Of a stretch of 64,000 nucleotides of DNA, positions 32,357 through 47,188 are shown in pieces. The stretch lies in assembly GCF_009914755.1 (NCBI RefSeq), contig NC_060927.1; one strand, written 5' to 3'. Position 1 is the first letter of the stretch. Every line of letters begins with the position of its first letter. The stretch comes from the human T2T-CHM13v2.0 reference genome, Homo sapiens. The translations under genes were made by a program, and so were the position numbers. The notes beneath the pieces are model-generated. The model had not been told where the DNA came from. It did not search any database and was given only the letters and a program-made list of their open reading frames with translations.

Positions 32357-32871
32357 TCATGGCAAGTAGAGTGCTAAGCAGAGTATAGGTACTTAATAAA
32401 TAGCTACTAACCGATTACATAGTAAGAGGTATTCAGAAAATGTATACCCAACATTCACATATGAAGCTGCTTCTATCTTAAAGTTTGTTAAGAAATTCTT
32501 TAAAAATTAATAAAATCTTAAAAAAGCACATGCTCTTAGGAAGGTTTCAAGGTTTTTATTGTTTGTTTTGTTTTTTGGAGCAAGCATGAATTTGTTTCTC
32601 TGTTTTTGCCTTGTTACCAAACCCGAACTATCTCTAACTCATCAGTCCAGGAGAGGAACCCAGTATTATCTTGCCAAAATGTAATTTTTAATATTTCTCA
32701 CATTATCAAACTGTAATTCCTGCTCCCATAGGGCCCTTTGCCATCACTAAAATACCTTACTTTTCCATCTATCGCTCCCTTTGATTAGTCACAGTTTAGA
32801 AGTGATGACTACCTTTTTCTTAACTCATTTTTTAAATTATATAAGTAATATGCTTTTAATAGTATAAATGT

Positions 32872-33282
32872 TGTGTTAGGCAGTTTTCTTGCTATAAAGA
32901 AATACCTGAGGCTGGGGAATTTATAAAGAAAAGAGGTTGAATTGGCTCACAGTTCTGCAGGCTGTAGGGGAAGCATGGCGCTGGCATCTGCTTGGCTTCC
33001 GGGGAGGCCTCAGAGAGCTTTTACTCATGGCAGAAGGTGAAGCAGGAGCAGGCATCTCACATTGCAAAAGCATGAGTAAGAGAGAGAGGTGGGGGTGCGG
33101 GGAGGTGCCTCACATTTTTAAACAACCAGATCTCACCTGAACTTATCACCAAAGGATGATGCTAAGACATTTGTGATGGATCTGCCCCATGATGCAAACA
33201 TCTACCATCCGGCCCCACCTCCAACACTGGTGATTACATTTCAACATGAGATTTGGTGGGGAAACAAATCCAAACCATATCA
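32872..33282 (-). mobile_element. MaLR LTR, MSTA/MSTB
   Basis: GCTATAAAGAAATACCTGAG..CCAAACCATATCA; TSD AATGT/AACAT (both derivable from AACGT by CpG decay). Confidence 0.9.
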
Positions 33283-33454
33283 AACATGAAAAAATGAAGG
33301 TGACCCCCTACTCCCCAAAAAGAAAGAAAAATCACTCTTCATTTCCCTGCCCAGAGATGTCTGTTGTTAACCTTTTGGTAGGTTAACAACATCTTGTTTC
33401 TTTTTCGTCAGCTTCTTTTGCTTTTCTTCCTCTTCCCTCTTTCTGTCTCTGCCC

Positions 33455-33457
<3 letters not shown>

Positions 33458-33503
<46 letters not shown>
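33458..33503. repeat. Perfect (AC)23 microsatellite
   Basis: Seen directly. Confidence 0.97.
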
Positions 33504-33506
<3 letters not shown>

Positions 33507-35601
33507 TACAGTACATGCCTGCATGTTTCAAACTGCAGTGGAATTGTACTCTTTATCCCATATCATGAAAAATTTTAATGTCAATGAAAACTCACATCCA
33601 GTATTATTTCTAATGACAGTACAATGTTTCATTGTGCAATTATACTTCAATATAGCTTCCAGAAAAATTTAAAATATTATCAAGAGGAAGTATAGTCTTT
33701 AGGATAAAAGATAAAATGTTATCAAGATGAGGTATCGTTTTTAGGATGCCTCCTAATCCTCTTTATGTAGACTTGACTATGTCTTATAATCTCACTGCTT
33801 CATTTCCCACCCATAAAGCAGGACACTTTAAATCTACCCAGCACATTCCACTGGGGTGGTAGGTGGGATTAATTAATACTTTCAAAAATAATTTAGAAAG
33901 TGAAAATTGAAGGACTGACCTGAGACAAAAGTGTCAACTAAGAAAGACTGATCTTGAGACTCTGTTTACTTATCTGTAATATGGGATTCATATCAATATT
34001 ATAGGATTGTAATGAGGATACAAATTAGGTGATAATAAGAAAGCATCAACCACTGACAATGACATCCAAAAAAGAATTCGGTGAACATTAGTATCCTGTC
34101 TGGGAGCTCCACTTTTTTACTCTAAGTCTTCCCTGTCTCTTCTTGCTTTGTCAATTTTCCCTCTTGTCCCCACCTCCGGTTCCTGGGAACCTTGTGTTTT
34201 CTGTCCTTCCTGTCAAAAGCTCAGCTTTCAGATCCTTCCTTCATCATAAAGTGTCAATACCTAGCAGGTGATTAAAGAACACTTTAACAGGTAGCGGATG
34301 TTCAGATGCCTGGAATTTTAGATATCTGCAGCTGGGTGGGGTGAGATAAGACCCAGTGAGTGGGTATTCACTTGCCTTGCTTACCTATTCATTTACCTTG
34401 CATGAGTCTACCATGATGACTGGTAATAGTGGGGTTGATATTCAGGATATTTAGCAACCAGTTCTTCCTCATCAGAATGGATGCTGACAGAAAACAAGTG
34501 ATTTGGCCAGACAGTATGCACTGGCTGTGTGTTAACCTCGGTAAATCGTGTTTAACACACTCTTGTGGTCTTTACTTTGTTAACTGAGCTATTCACTTTG
34601 TGGTAGGGTCTGTGGAGCAGTAGAAATAATCTGAGATTTGGGCTTCCATTCAAACCCTGGCTCTGTAATGTCCTGCTTGTGTAATGTTGGCCACAATTTT
34701 CTTATCCCTAAAGAAGAATTATACTACCTACCTCATAGAGTTTGTTTGTTTTTGGTGAGGCTCAAAAGTAGTTTCTATAAGGGAATATTTTATAATGAGA
34801 AAAATGTGATAGAAATACTAGCTGCTATGATTCAGGAGTTCTTCTTTCTCTATATGTGACAAAGACAGCACCAATTATGCACCAAAGCTATAGATTAAAA
34901 AAGATTCCAGATTTAGTATAAATGATAGTTTATATTTTAAGGCTTAGTGAGATGGGGTAAAATGTATATTTCTGGGTACCCATAGCTCTTTCTCATCTAT
35001 GAAATAAGACTGTCCTAAATCATTCTGAGCTTCCCTCTAACTCTTCAAATCAATGCTTTCAGGGCCAGGGCTTTTTATTGGGCAATTTCTTTGGGGGTTT
35101 GAGTCTTCTTTGCCAGGCTACTCGGACTCACTTTAATTGAGTGCAGCTGCGGAGAATTAGCTACCCGCCCCCCTCTCTACTTCAAGGCTAGGCTTGAACA
35201 ATTCTGTTCTGAATCCATGAGTGGCCCAGAGAATGAAAGAGACAAAAGGTTTCAGGTTTCTCAATCAAAGTTTCCTGTGGTCCTACCCATACCAGCTATT
35301 GTGTGCTTTTTTCCCTGAATGACTCAACTCTGACCTGTCATGAAGTGTTTGATATTTATATTTCTGGAAATGGTTAGCCACATTACTAGGTAATAAGGTT
35401 GCAAATTCCAAGTCTCCCTTGTAGTCGAGGTCAGATGTTGTCCTGGGAGTGGGTGGGAAGGTAGAGAGGCCAAGATTGAGGCTGCTATGCTTAAGGGCAG
35501 ATGATGAGATCAAGCCTGGCTGCCTGCATTATTCCCTGGTACTTATCTCTATTTTGGCAAAGGACCTCCTGAGCTCTTAGTTCAAGTTTTCTGGTCTTTT
35601 A

Positions 35602-35998
<397 letters not shown>

Positions 35999-37239
35999 GA
36001 ATATTAGCCTGGAAAGAGAGCCACAGGATTAAACAATCCAACCTACTCCTTTGGAGTAGAGGTAATACACATGGAGAAAAGTTTCTTGACTTGCCCTGGG
36101 CTACAGAACTGCTAAGTGGAAGAGAGAGGTCTGAAGGGCCTGGTTTCCTGATTCTAAGTCTGTTGTTTTTTCAAGACGACTTTCTGTGCTAATTCCTGTT
36201 GGTGTGGTTTGCCCTTGGACACTTCTGATGCTCTCAGCTTCATCCATCTGTTTGTTCCAAATAAACACTATTATTCCCCACATACACACATCCTGGGACA
36301 TTATCCACATACAGGAATCTAAAAGTGCTCAGGATGTGGCAAAACCCCAGGGAAAGAAGGAAGGGCAGGGGAATAAAAGGGATGGGAGTGAGGTTGCTGG
36401 GGGCAACTGAATTCACACTGGCACAATGACCGGTTCAGTCCTAAGTCAATCTAGTTAGGTACTTTAATATTTTAAGTCTTTCCTTGGGATGGCCCAGGGT
36501 GGTGGGCCAGCTCCCTCCTCTCTTTGCTCCTCCAATATATAGGCACCTGGAGCCAGAGGGTTTGTTAGTTTTAAGACCCCACCTACATTTCCTATCCTGG
36601 GTTACTGACACTGGCAGGGACTGACTTGTAATGGCAGGAGCTGGCTAATCAGTTGCAAGTTCCTGACATCTGGTAATGGAGAGGAACAAAGAGTGGGAGG
36701 CCAAATAGGGAACAGACAAGCCCCATGCGGGGTAAAGTGAAATAGGGCAGAAGTGGCTGGGCAGGAAGACCGAGAAACACACACATGACATGTTCAGACA
36801 TATCCACATTCTCTCACACAGGAAGAGGTGGCGAAAGCCCACAAAAACTATGCTACTCCCAAACACCAGTCACTTCCCTGGTGCATCCATGAAGTTGACT
36901 AAACTGCTATACATTCCACTGCCTTAGAGGTCCACAACCCCGTTGAAGAGCTCAGAGTCTAAAGGAGGGAGCTCTTTGGAGCAGGGCAGTGGCTCCCAAG
37001 GCTGCCTGACCTTCAGGATCACTGGTGCCTCTTGTTCAATGTGCAGTTTCTGCAGTTGCTTGGTTCCTCTGAAAAGAACCTAACCACCTTTGGGCTTCTC
37101 TATTAATAAGCTATACGAGAGATTCTTAGGACAAGGGATGTTTGGGGAAACTGATGGGGAGAAAAGAACCTGGGATGTGGAACCACATGATCCTGTATTA
37201 GCTTTGTACTCTTGAGCAAGTGTTTTCTGAACCGAAAAC

Positions 37240-37500
37240 AGAGGAGGTATAGTAATGAGTTCAAAGGTATAGCTCTGGAGCCAGAATGCCTGGGTTTGAA
37301 ATCCTGGCTCTGTTTCTTATTAGCCTTGTGTCATTAGGCAAGTTATTTAACATCTTTTCCCCTCAATTTCCAATCTGTGAAATAGTGATAATGATTATAG
37401 TACTTTTCTTATTTTCGTGAAGACTGAGCTATGACTTAACTAACTTGGAAAGATACCTGGTTCATTGAAAGACTATACAACCATTTGCTGTTAGTATTAA
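37240..37500 (+). mobile_element. MIR
   Basis: GCTCTGGAGCCAGAATGCCTGGGTTTGAAATCCTGGCTCTG..GGCAAGTTATTTAAC. Confidence 0.75.
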
Positions 37501-37827
37501 ATAGTGGATAATGATGTTATTTCCCATTTTGTTAGGAATTATGTAAGAGGATATAGATAAATTGCTTCATGCAAAGTTGATGCTCAATAAACAGTACCTG
37601 CTTTATTGTGAGCTGTATACATAAGAATGTTTACAAACATTGTCTACGTGGGAGCATATTATCATATTGTAAACTGAGTACGTAAGTACTGAAGAGACCT
37701 CAGGGAAAGAAGATCCTAGAGTCTTCTGCAAGCCTAATTTATAAGTCAGTGCATCAGCTGAGGCCATCAGGCTAAATTACAGCTGCTCAAAGGGGAGATG
37801 AGAATATCCATTATCTTATGAGTGGAT

Positions 37828-37875
37828 CCATTGAAAGTAATGGCAAAAACCGCAATTATTTTTGCACCAACCTAA
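37828..37875. mobile_element. MADE1 (Hsmar1 MITE), one arm missing
   Basis: CCATTGAAAGTAATGGCAAAAACCGCAATTATTTTTGCACCAACCTAA followed by TA. Confidence 0.92.
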
Positions 37876-38403
37876 TATGAAGGATAGTGTGGATGAGCAA
37901 GGCTCGAGGCAATTGTTATCAGTTCAAATCAACTCAGATCCTCGTGAAAAATCAAATGGATTTTAAAAACCTAGCTCATCGGAAAACTGCCAAAATGCAT
38001 GAGAACAGCTCCGGAAATCCCATCTGTTTCATATTTACAGAACTTCTCGTTCCTTCAGTCTGGGCACAACTGACTCACTTTTCATTGTGTTCCTATGGCA
38101 GAGTGTCTTGTCATTTCCAGAGAAACCAGACAGCAGGTTTGATGTGGGTGAGAAATGCGCATGCCTGCTTTTGTAATTGGTAAGGCTGTCTAAGGATTTG
38201 ATTCCTTGTGAGCCACATGGGAAAGGGATTATATAATTTAGCAAATTTACAAATATATATTTTAATGTGAGGTAATGATGCCCGGATCATAAACTATGCC
38301 TTTTCTTTTGCTCACAGGCACCGCTCTCTAGCCAGACTGCCCGGCTCTATTCTTGTCCCACTACTTAGTAGCCATGTGACTTTGGGCTAGTTACTTAACT
38401 TCT

Positions 38404-38703
<300 letters not shown>

Positions 38704-38869
38704 TAGTTACTTAACTTCTGTGTGTGTCCCAGTTTCCGTGTGGATAAAATGGTTAAAGTAAGAGTACCTATCAGTATTAATTAAAACTACCTGCTGTTAC
38801 AGCCTCCTAAACCTTAGAACAATAAATATTTATGTCTTGCTCTCACCAACGTCTGGTGGGCATCATGGT

Positions 38870-38870
<1 letters not shown>

Positions 38871-38900
<30 letters not shown>
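38871..38900. repeat. T30 homopolymer
   Basis: Seen directly; no adjacent Alu or L1 body. Confidence 0.95.
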
Positions 38901-38901
<1 letters not shown>

Positions 38902-38967
38902 TGGCTCCCTTCCAAATAGTGATTTAATCTAGATCTCTTTCATCATGGGACTTTGTCATCCCCTAGG

Positions 38968-39623
38968 GCTGTGCTCTCCCGTATGGTCACTAGCAACATG
39001 GGGCTTTTGAAATTTAAGTTAATTAAAATAAAATATTAAACTTCACTTCCTAGTCACACCTTAAGTGCTTGTCAGCCACATGTGTCTAGTAATTTGCTAC
39101 ATTGAATAGCACAAATATAAAAAGTGTCTATCTGTTAAAGAAAAAAATTATTCAATGACAATTTTAAAAGCATGATAAGGAAGACATTATGCAGGGTCAT
39201 TGTCACGGGTAAAAGGACCATGGCAATGGGTCTTGCACTCAGAGAGAGATTGAGTTCAACTGTGAATACAGCATGAGTAAGTAGCGATTTATAGCCGAGA
39301 AACAGGGTGTGGGTCAGCGGATGGAAAATTACTAAAAGGCAACATCAGGGGTAAGGGGGATTCTGGCTAAGCCTAACTAAAAGGATTCTTGCTGAAGACA
39401 GCCGGTGTTATCAGATATTACCTGTGGCATCATGGAGGATGAGACACGTGATCAGATGTTGAGGGTGGGGAGGTCTTGCCAAACTGATTTGTTCATGCTC
39501 TTGCGAAAGCTGGATTTTACAAGGAAATGCACAGATAGGCCTAGGAGAAGGTTCAGGAGTCTAAGTTTGTTCAGCAAAGAATCTTTGTCACATCATCATA
39601 GAAAGTTTTATTCCACAGTGATA
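38968..39623. mobile_element. MER3 (hAT) split by MER31
   Basis: AAGTGCT..AGCCACATGTG..CATCATCATAGAAAGTTTTATT. Confidence 0.75.
39133..39590 (-). mobile_element. ERV1 solo LTR, MER31A-like
   Basis: TGTTAAAGAAAAAAATTATTCAATGACA..AATCTTTGTCA; 4-bp TSD TATC/CATC. Confidence 0.8.
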
Positions 39624-40729
39624 CCTTAGGGCTTCCTTGGAGTTCTCTGCTGCATTGCTTTCATTTAGCCAGCAAGTGAGCAGACAGCCCTCCTGGTATG
39701 TTGAAGGACAGTAAGAAAGGGCTTTAGGATTTTTCTGCTTCTATATCATACTAGGCTCAGGGCCTAGTTATCAATAGATCAAAGGAGTATATTTTCTGAC
39801 TATAGAAGATACAATATGATGTGAGTTCCTTAGGCTTGCTTTTTGATATTCTGCAAAATTATAGAATATGCTCTCTCTAGTTCTTGACATAGCCTGCTTT
39901 CGCGCCTATTTGCTGAAAAATGTTATTTGAATATCAGAAGCTGAATATTATTTTGTTTTTTCTCTTTGCTTTCCCTTTGTAACACTCTCCCCACCACTGG
40001 TGCAGGAGAAAGTCTCACTAAGCCTGGAGAGAAGGCACTTTAATATTTTTCACACTGTTATCCCTGTTAACACATCTTGCCTCAGTTGACAAATTTCTGC
40101 TTCTTTCACAGGGGTCAAACATCAGACTAAACGTGGAACAGTGTGCCTCAGACTAAGACTGCAATCATACAACGGAAATAAAATTGTTTTATTTAACCAA
40201 TTAGTGACAAGGGAGCAATCAAGTTGTTTTCTTGGCACTGTGTATCCAATTCTATGACTATGATTTTCATCTTTGAAGAAGTTGCATTCTGTTTTCAGGA
40301 AGACAATCTTTGGTTGCCTTCCTCACATCATTTTCTGCCTTTTCAAAGTCATGACTAGCGAATATATTAGAAATTTTCTATATAAATCATAAATTTGCCT
40401 CTGAATATTATAACAATATTTTATTCATTTTCATACATCATTTGACTCTTCTGCCCTCATTATTTTGTTCTACTTTGATTGTATGTTTGGCCCAGAACAC
40501 TGAGTGAAGGAGGCATGCAATTGCTGTTTTGAGGGTAACCAGCAGGCCAAAGTTAATTTACACTTGGTGGATTTCCAACTGCAGAGGAGTTGGTGAAATT
40601 GTCATTGGAGCTTTTATTTTGAAATATTATGCAGTTTTGTGCTACCACATGTTTAATAAGATTGAACTAACTGAGCACTTGCTACGTGCACAATAGAGAA
40701 CTAAAAAAAAAAAAAAAAAGACCTGTCAC

Positions 40730-40925
40730 ATCACTATTTATTTCCTTCACGGCACTTATTGCATTATCTGATTCTCTTGTTTATTTACTTGTTTACTTAC
40801 ACATTGTCTGTCTTGCCCACTGGAAATGCAGACATTCTGCCCCTCTGTTTTTGTGGTTATAAATCCAGCACCTGGCACAGTGCCTACAACATAGAAAGGT
40901 TCAAAATATAGTTTGTTATCTGACA
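40730..40925 (+). mobile_element. L2 3' end
   Basis: CCAGCACCTGGCACAGTGCCT..ACATAG. Confidence 0.7.
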
Positions 40926-43900
40926 GAAAAAAAAGATGTTTATCTTCTCTGGTAAGAATGTTTTTCCTCTTTCAAATCTCCCATCTCATAAACTTTCCAT
41001 TCCCAATCATCCTTTGGTTGGTTGAAGCAGCCATTTTCTCCTCTGATATCCCAGTGATGACTCTTAGTACTAGTCATTTGATGTATTATTATACACCAGT
41101 TTATAATGACTCTTTTATTCTCATTTAGTTTATGTTTCTCTTACATATCTCTGCACTGATACATGCAACAAGCATTTTGTGAAATGTCAAACACCTCTAC
41201 AAGTATTGCTTATGATGACTGTTGTAAGCTCCTTGAGGTCAGTGGCGCTAGAATACAATTTCTCTTATTAAACCGTAGTGACTGATCCCTGTGTTATGTC
41301 GATGAATAATTAAAGTAGCAATGATTTTGTCTATATCTCTAGAGATGAGGACCAATCATAACCCCACCTCCAATTTGGAGATTATTCTCAACTGTATTTG
41401 CATCTTTATGTAAACCCCTCCTATTAGCTTCATCAAGAGGTTTTATCCCCTCCTCTTGGCTTTCAAACCAACATGAATTTTCAGCTGAATATAGGGCAGA
41501 TTTGCTGTTCAGTGTCAACTTGCTTGAGGTGGGACTGGGAGCAATTCACTTGCTGAAGGAGACTACAGTGAAGTCTTCCAGAAACTCTGGGGAACTGGTC
41601 ACATTCACAGGTCACAGGCTCTGACTCAGACGTGGCTTTGTCTAGGTTGTGGACTGCTGGAGTCTTTCCAGGAAGAGAACACCTTCCTTTTATCTTAAAA
41701 CCATGCTGTGATTGCCCCAACATATTCCTGACTGCCCAAACCTTGTTAACTAGGCGAGCCAGATAGAATTTGAGTGCATGCTCATTAAGCATAGATGCTT
41801 GGATATACACATATACGTACAGCAAGGAGTCATGCCAGGAAAAGGTGCCAGACCCCAGTGCTGTGGAATTATACTGGATTTCTGTGGCAAAAGCATCATG
41901 GAAGACCCTTTTGCAAGGGAGTGGGCTTTGCCAGAGTTTTCATGCAGAGTCATAAGGATATTCCCTTTTAGCATTTGGCACCAGTTATTTTACACCAACT
42001 TGTGAAGCACAGTGCCAAGTTCTATTGCCTGGAATCTCCTTAAAGGTTTACTCAGATGTTGGCAGAAGCATCCAAAGTCATATTTTCTGTTGTTTATTCT
42101 TTTGCTTTTTTTTTCTCTTTGCAAATGAAAACCAGAGGTGTAAGTGTTCCATCCCAAAGGAGGAAGATTGTATCAAAAGCTATACCTCCTTCTGCTCACT
42201 CATACAACTCCCATGCACATCCCTTGGCTTTAATCACACAGCTTTCCACGCTGCTGACTATGCCAGGGCAACTCTGTTCTGCATGTCTGTATTGCTTCAG
42301 GGCACATTTCAGACCAGAACTGGATGGACTCACCTGGCTGGGTAATTTAGACATTTGTGGTTTGCAATGTTCCAGTGTGCTCCAAGCTATCCCAGCTTAC
42401 TGGTTTCTTCCCAGGAAGTGGGAGAAGACTTTATCCATTTGTTTTCTGACAAGAGACATTATGGCCATAATTTAAGCAGTTTTCCAGAAGTTTGGCAGCA
42501 GAGGGTTACAATCTAGCAGGATTCGGTATTGCCTAAGCAAATTTGAATTTGTACTCTGGCTCACTCAGCCCATTTTAAACCCAGCAGCCTGGGGAGAATG
42601 AATCCTTATGAAATCAATGCGGTGGCTTCAGTTTCCTGTGGATGGCTTCCAGAAATGCTCCAGACATTGCTGAATGCTCTAGGTAGACTCTCAGTGCTTC
42701 GACCAAGGCACATTCAGACAAGCCTTTTTTGATTCACTACATATATTTCTGTTTAGAAGCGGCAAGGCTGAACTGATGACCCTGCAACGCGGTTTTGTTT
42801 CCCTCTCATTATCTATCTGGCTTCACAGGAAGTGAATGCTTGGCTGGTGAAGACAAAAAAGCTGTTCTCCAGCCTCATGCTTCATGGCTGGAACATAGCC
42901 AGTTTAGGCTTGTGAAGAGTCCATTAAAAACACACGGAGGCAGTTGAGGGATGGGATCTGTGTATGTACAGGTCTTTCAAACGTAGGCAGCCTATGTTTG
43001 GCTTATGGGGCTTGGAGGAGAGGCCTTCTTTGATGTGATTCTTGGATCACATATTGATTAAAAAAAAAACAACCAGAAGTCTAATACCCACTGTAATGCA
43101 TCCAGCAGACAACCTCTTAGCATCTCTATAGAGACCTTTCCTCCTTTACTGGGTCACACTTAGGGCACATTTAGCTCTCAGATAACCTTAAATAACCCAC
43201 AGTTCATTTCCTGTTGACTTCGTGTATCCTCTACTTCCTGAAAGGTTTTCTTCTTTTTTTTCAGTTGCCACTCATCGTTAATATGACATTCTCCAGGTCT
43301 TCTCCGCACTTCAGAATTCTCTTCTGGGCTTTTGAATGTTCTTGTTTTTTTGCTGAATTGTTTTTCCTGGGTTTTCATCTTCTCTTACCCTGTTCACAGT
43401 GGAGAGGGGACTACATTTCACCCCTGCTGTCTCAGAATGTTTCTCATGCTTAACATTCTATTTTCCTACTGACTTGGAAAAATTGCATTATAACCTTTGA
43501 TCTGGCACAGTTCAATCACATTTTGGCTGGAAATGTTTTACACATTAAAATGATGAAGGATGACTTTATTTGCCAGACAAAAGATGTTTAAAATGGAAAA
43601 AAAGAAAAAAAAAACTCAAAAAGGTCTTTCTGGAGCTACTGTATGAAAAAGACTCTTGAATATGTAAAAGCTTTTGGAACACAGAAGGGAGTCAGTTGCT
43701 TCACTTTAGAGTCAGTTTAGCAAAGGACGGATTTGTGGTGACTTGTCACGGCCTTGAGATTTTTGAAAGCAGGTCTCTCCAGAAAGCCTGTCCTTAAAGA
43801 CAGAGTGGCTTCTTTCCCCTTTGGCTAAGACTGACTGCCAAATTTCACCAGGTTGCATACCCAATGGTGGAAAGTGCCAGCTTCTTGGCTTTGCATAGGC

Positions 43901-45979
43901 AAATTCCTACCTCCCTATTTTCTCTCCAGTCAATGCAGCAGTCTGTTTATGCTGTGCAGACGGATACCCACCAGACAGGGTTTTCTGAACCTACTAGTCT
44001 ATTTAGGATCCAGTTTTTTTTTTTTTTTACAGTGCTGCAGCCTAATTAAGCTTGGCGATATCATTAAACTTCTATTCAATTCGATTACATTTTAGTTCAA
44101 ATGTTATTGATGCCATCCACATGCCAGGACTGTGTTAGGCATTGGGGTGGGTGGCGAGAAATGGTCCATACCCTCACGAAACTTAGCGCCTAGCTTAATT
44201 TTCTCATATTTATCAATTTGATCCTGACGAACTAGGACACCAATATATAATGCTAAAGACTAGATTTCTTCCATCCATACTAGTTGAGTTGTATAACATG
44301 AGTGTCTTAAAAACAAATTCAGGGCCATCTATTTTGCAATTGGATATGTAAAATAATTTGTACTATGGCTATTGTGGGAAATAGGATTCAATTAATGACT
44401 TGTGGGAACACTTTGCCAATAATCATGTATGAGAGACTTTTCCCCAACTGGTGGAAGCAGAGGGGAGGGAGGAAGTGAGCTGATGACAGAATGTAAAAGC
44501 AGAGAGTACATTGAAAAACCCACTTCATATAATTAGTATAAAGTAAGGTAGAAGCAAAATAAAACAAAAAGTGCTATTCATTTTGGTCCCAGAAACCATT
44601 GTTGGTGAGGGCTATTAAGTAAGCATCCAACTTACTTCCTCTAGCTCGACTTCCAGAATGTAGTGATATTGGAAACTACCCTGTGGATTTTTTTTTCCCA
44701 AGCCACTTCCTTTTCTGAGGAAAGAGACCTATTCTATGCACACAAGTCAGTTCTTGTTCGTTTTATGTTTTAGCAATGTGGGCCCTTACAAATCTTTAAA
44801 ATGACACAATAGATCTTCATATAAGAACCTTGACAAGTGAAGCTGTGATACAAGCAAAGGGCAGAAGTGGAAAGGGTGTGGGAAAGAATGGAGCAAGAGG
44901 AAGGAAGGGTGGGGTTGGGGGTCCAGGGATGCTCCACGTGCGTGTGCCCTCATAGGTTAGACATTAGGAAGGCTTCAGAAACACCATACATTTGGGCAAA
45001 GCCTATACTCTTCTTTATTTCCTTCCTGCACAAACTTACATACCACCCCGTGCCTACTCTACCTACCACCCTTCACGATTCCACACCTCCTGGCAGGCAG
45101 TGCTCCTGTAACAAACCCCCCGACATCCAGGCTGCTTATATTTCTGTCTCAAGTGAATACGTTTCTAAAATACTGAGTTTGAATAAACAACACAATAAAG
45201 CAAGATTTAAAAATATGTTTACATTTGGCTGTTTGCCCTGGTTTGGGGAAGGGAGTAAGTATAGACTTTGTTATTCCCTCAGAATCCTCTAGAACAATTA
45301 CCTTTAATGATGACCTGGAGGGTGGGGTCCCTTAATGATTTGCAAGAGATTCAGGGAGAGGTGTCTCAGGATGGTTTCTTCTGTTACTAATGTATTTTGT
45401 TGTGATTTCTTGGTCTTAATTGCAATTTTGTAGTTCATTCATCTAACATGGCATTCTTATAATAAATAAAAATGTGTAACTTCCTTCCTAATTATAGAAG
45501 TCATGCATAGTTATTGTAGGTCATTTGAAAAATTCAGAAAAGTCCAACTAAGAAGCAAAATCAACCATCATCCCACCTCCCAGTGTTATGTATTGTAAAG
45601 ATTTGGTGTTTGTCTTGTCAATCTATGGTTGTGTTTTCCTCTCCCCATCCAATTCATTTTCATAATATTTTTATATATTGGCTAGTGTGACCAGAGTTTG
45701 GTTCAATCAATGATCGTCAAGTGACTAAAAATGTTCATGAAACACTTGCTTAGGAAATTTTTTAGTGGAATTAGCTAATCCTTTTTGAGAAACCAAGCCT
45801 ATGTCTAGAAATAGTCATCATAATTTGGAGAAATCAATCAGCTTACTTTTAATATCACAAATCAGGAATTTTATGCAAGCACCAAACATGCATTGCCTTA
45901 CTTTTATTTTTTTCCTTAACTCTTATTTTTTTCTAAGTTGATATATTTGTATCTTCTTAAGCAGCAATAAGATAAAAGA

Positions 45980-46230
45980 AGGAACAGCGAAGTTGGAGAC
46001 AGAAAATCTGAGAAGAAGTCCTAGCTAGGTTTCTTAAGAACTTTGTGACATGGGCCCAGATGAACAAATGTATCTGGGCTTCAGATTTATCATCTGTAAA
46101 CTGTGGATAATAGTGCCAACCTCATTGTGTTGTTGGGGTGGAAGGAGGGCAGAGGAGGAGCAAATAAGAGAATATATGTGGGTCACACACAAACTGAAAG
46201 TACTGTACAAATGAAAAGTATTTCATATTA
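45980..46230 (+). mobile_element. MIR
   Basis: TCTGGGCTTCAGATTTATCATCTGTAAA..GGATAATAGTGCCAACCTCAT. Confidence 0.6.
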
Positions 46231-46652
46231 TATCACCTATGAAAACGTGGACACATTTTTCACCAGAGATGTCTTTAGATGAATTGCTCAAAAACCTTGA
46301 ATGAATTTTCAAATGATAATTCCTCATGTTGCAACTCTCTCTAGGAAATAGTAGCCATTTTGTTGTGGCATCATTTCTCAAACTTTTCTGTACCAATTAG
46401 AATAGCTCTCTGAGGTCTGACAGGCAGAACTGGCTGAAGAGCCTAAAGGCATTGCTAAGATAAGTAGTCAGGCAAGTTTTTGATACCTAGGAGCTTGTGA
46501 TTTCTTGTTATTGGGTCCTCTTCTTAATTAACAATCATTGTTCCTCTATTGCAGCTAGCATACACCCCTGTCAGCAAGCTGCTTTTCAGAATGAACCTGC
46601 CTGGACAATAGCAATGTAAGAGGAAACACTTCCACACAGCTGCAAAACCTAA

Positions 46653-47188
<536 letters not shown>

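Noticed and set aside
41481-45292. Non-repeat ORFs of 100-141 aa (41481, 42025, 42056, 44867)
   Set aside because: No recognisable domain, some use non-ATG starts, no exon structure; lengths expected by chance in six frames.
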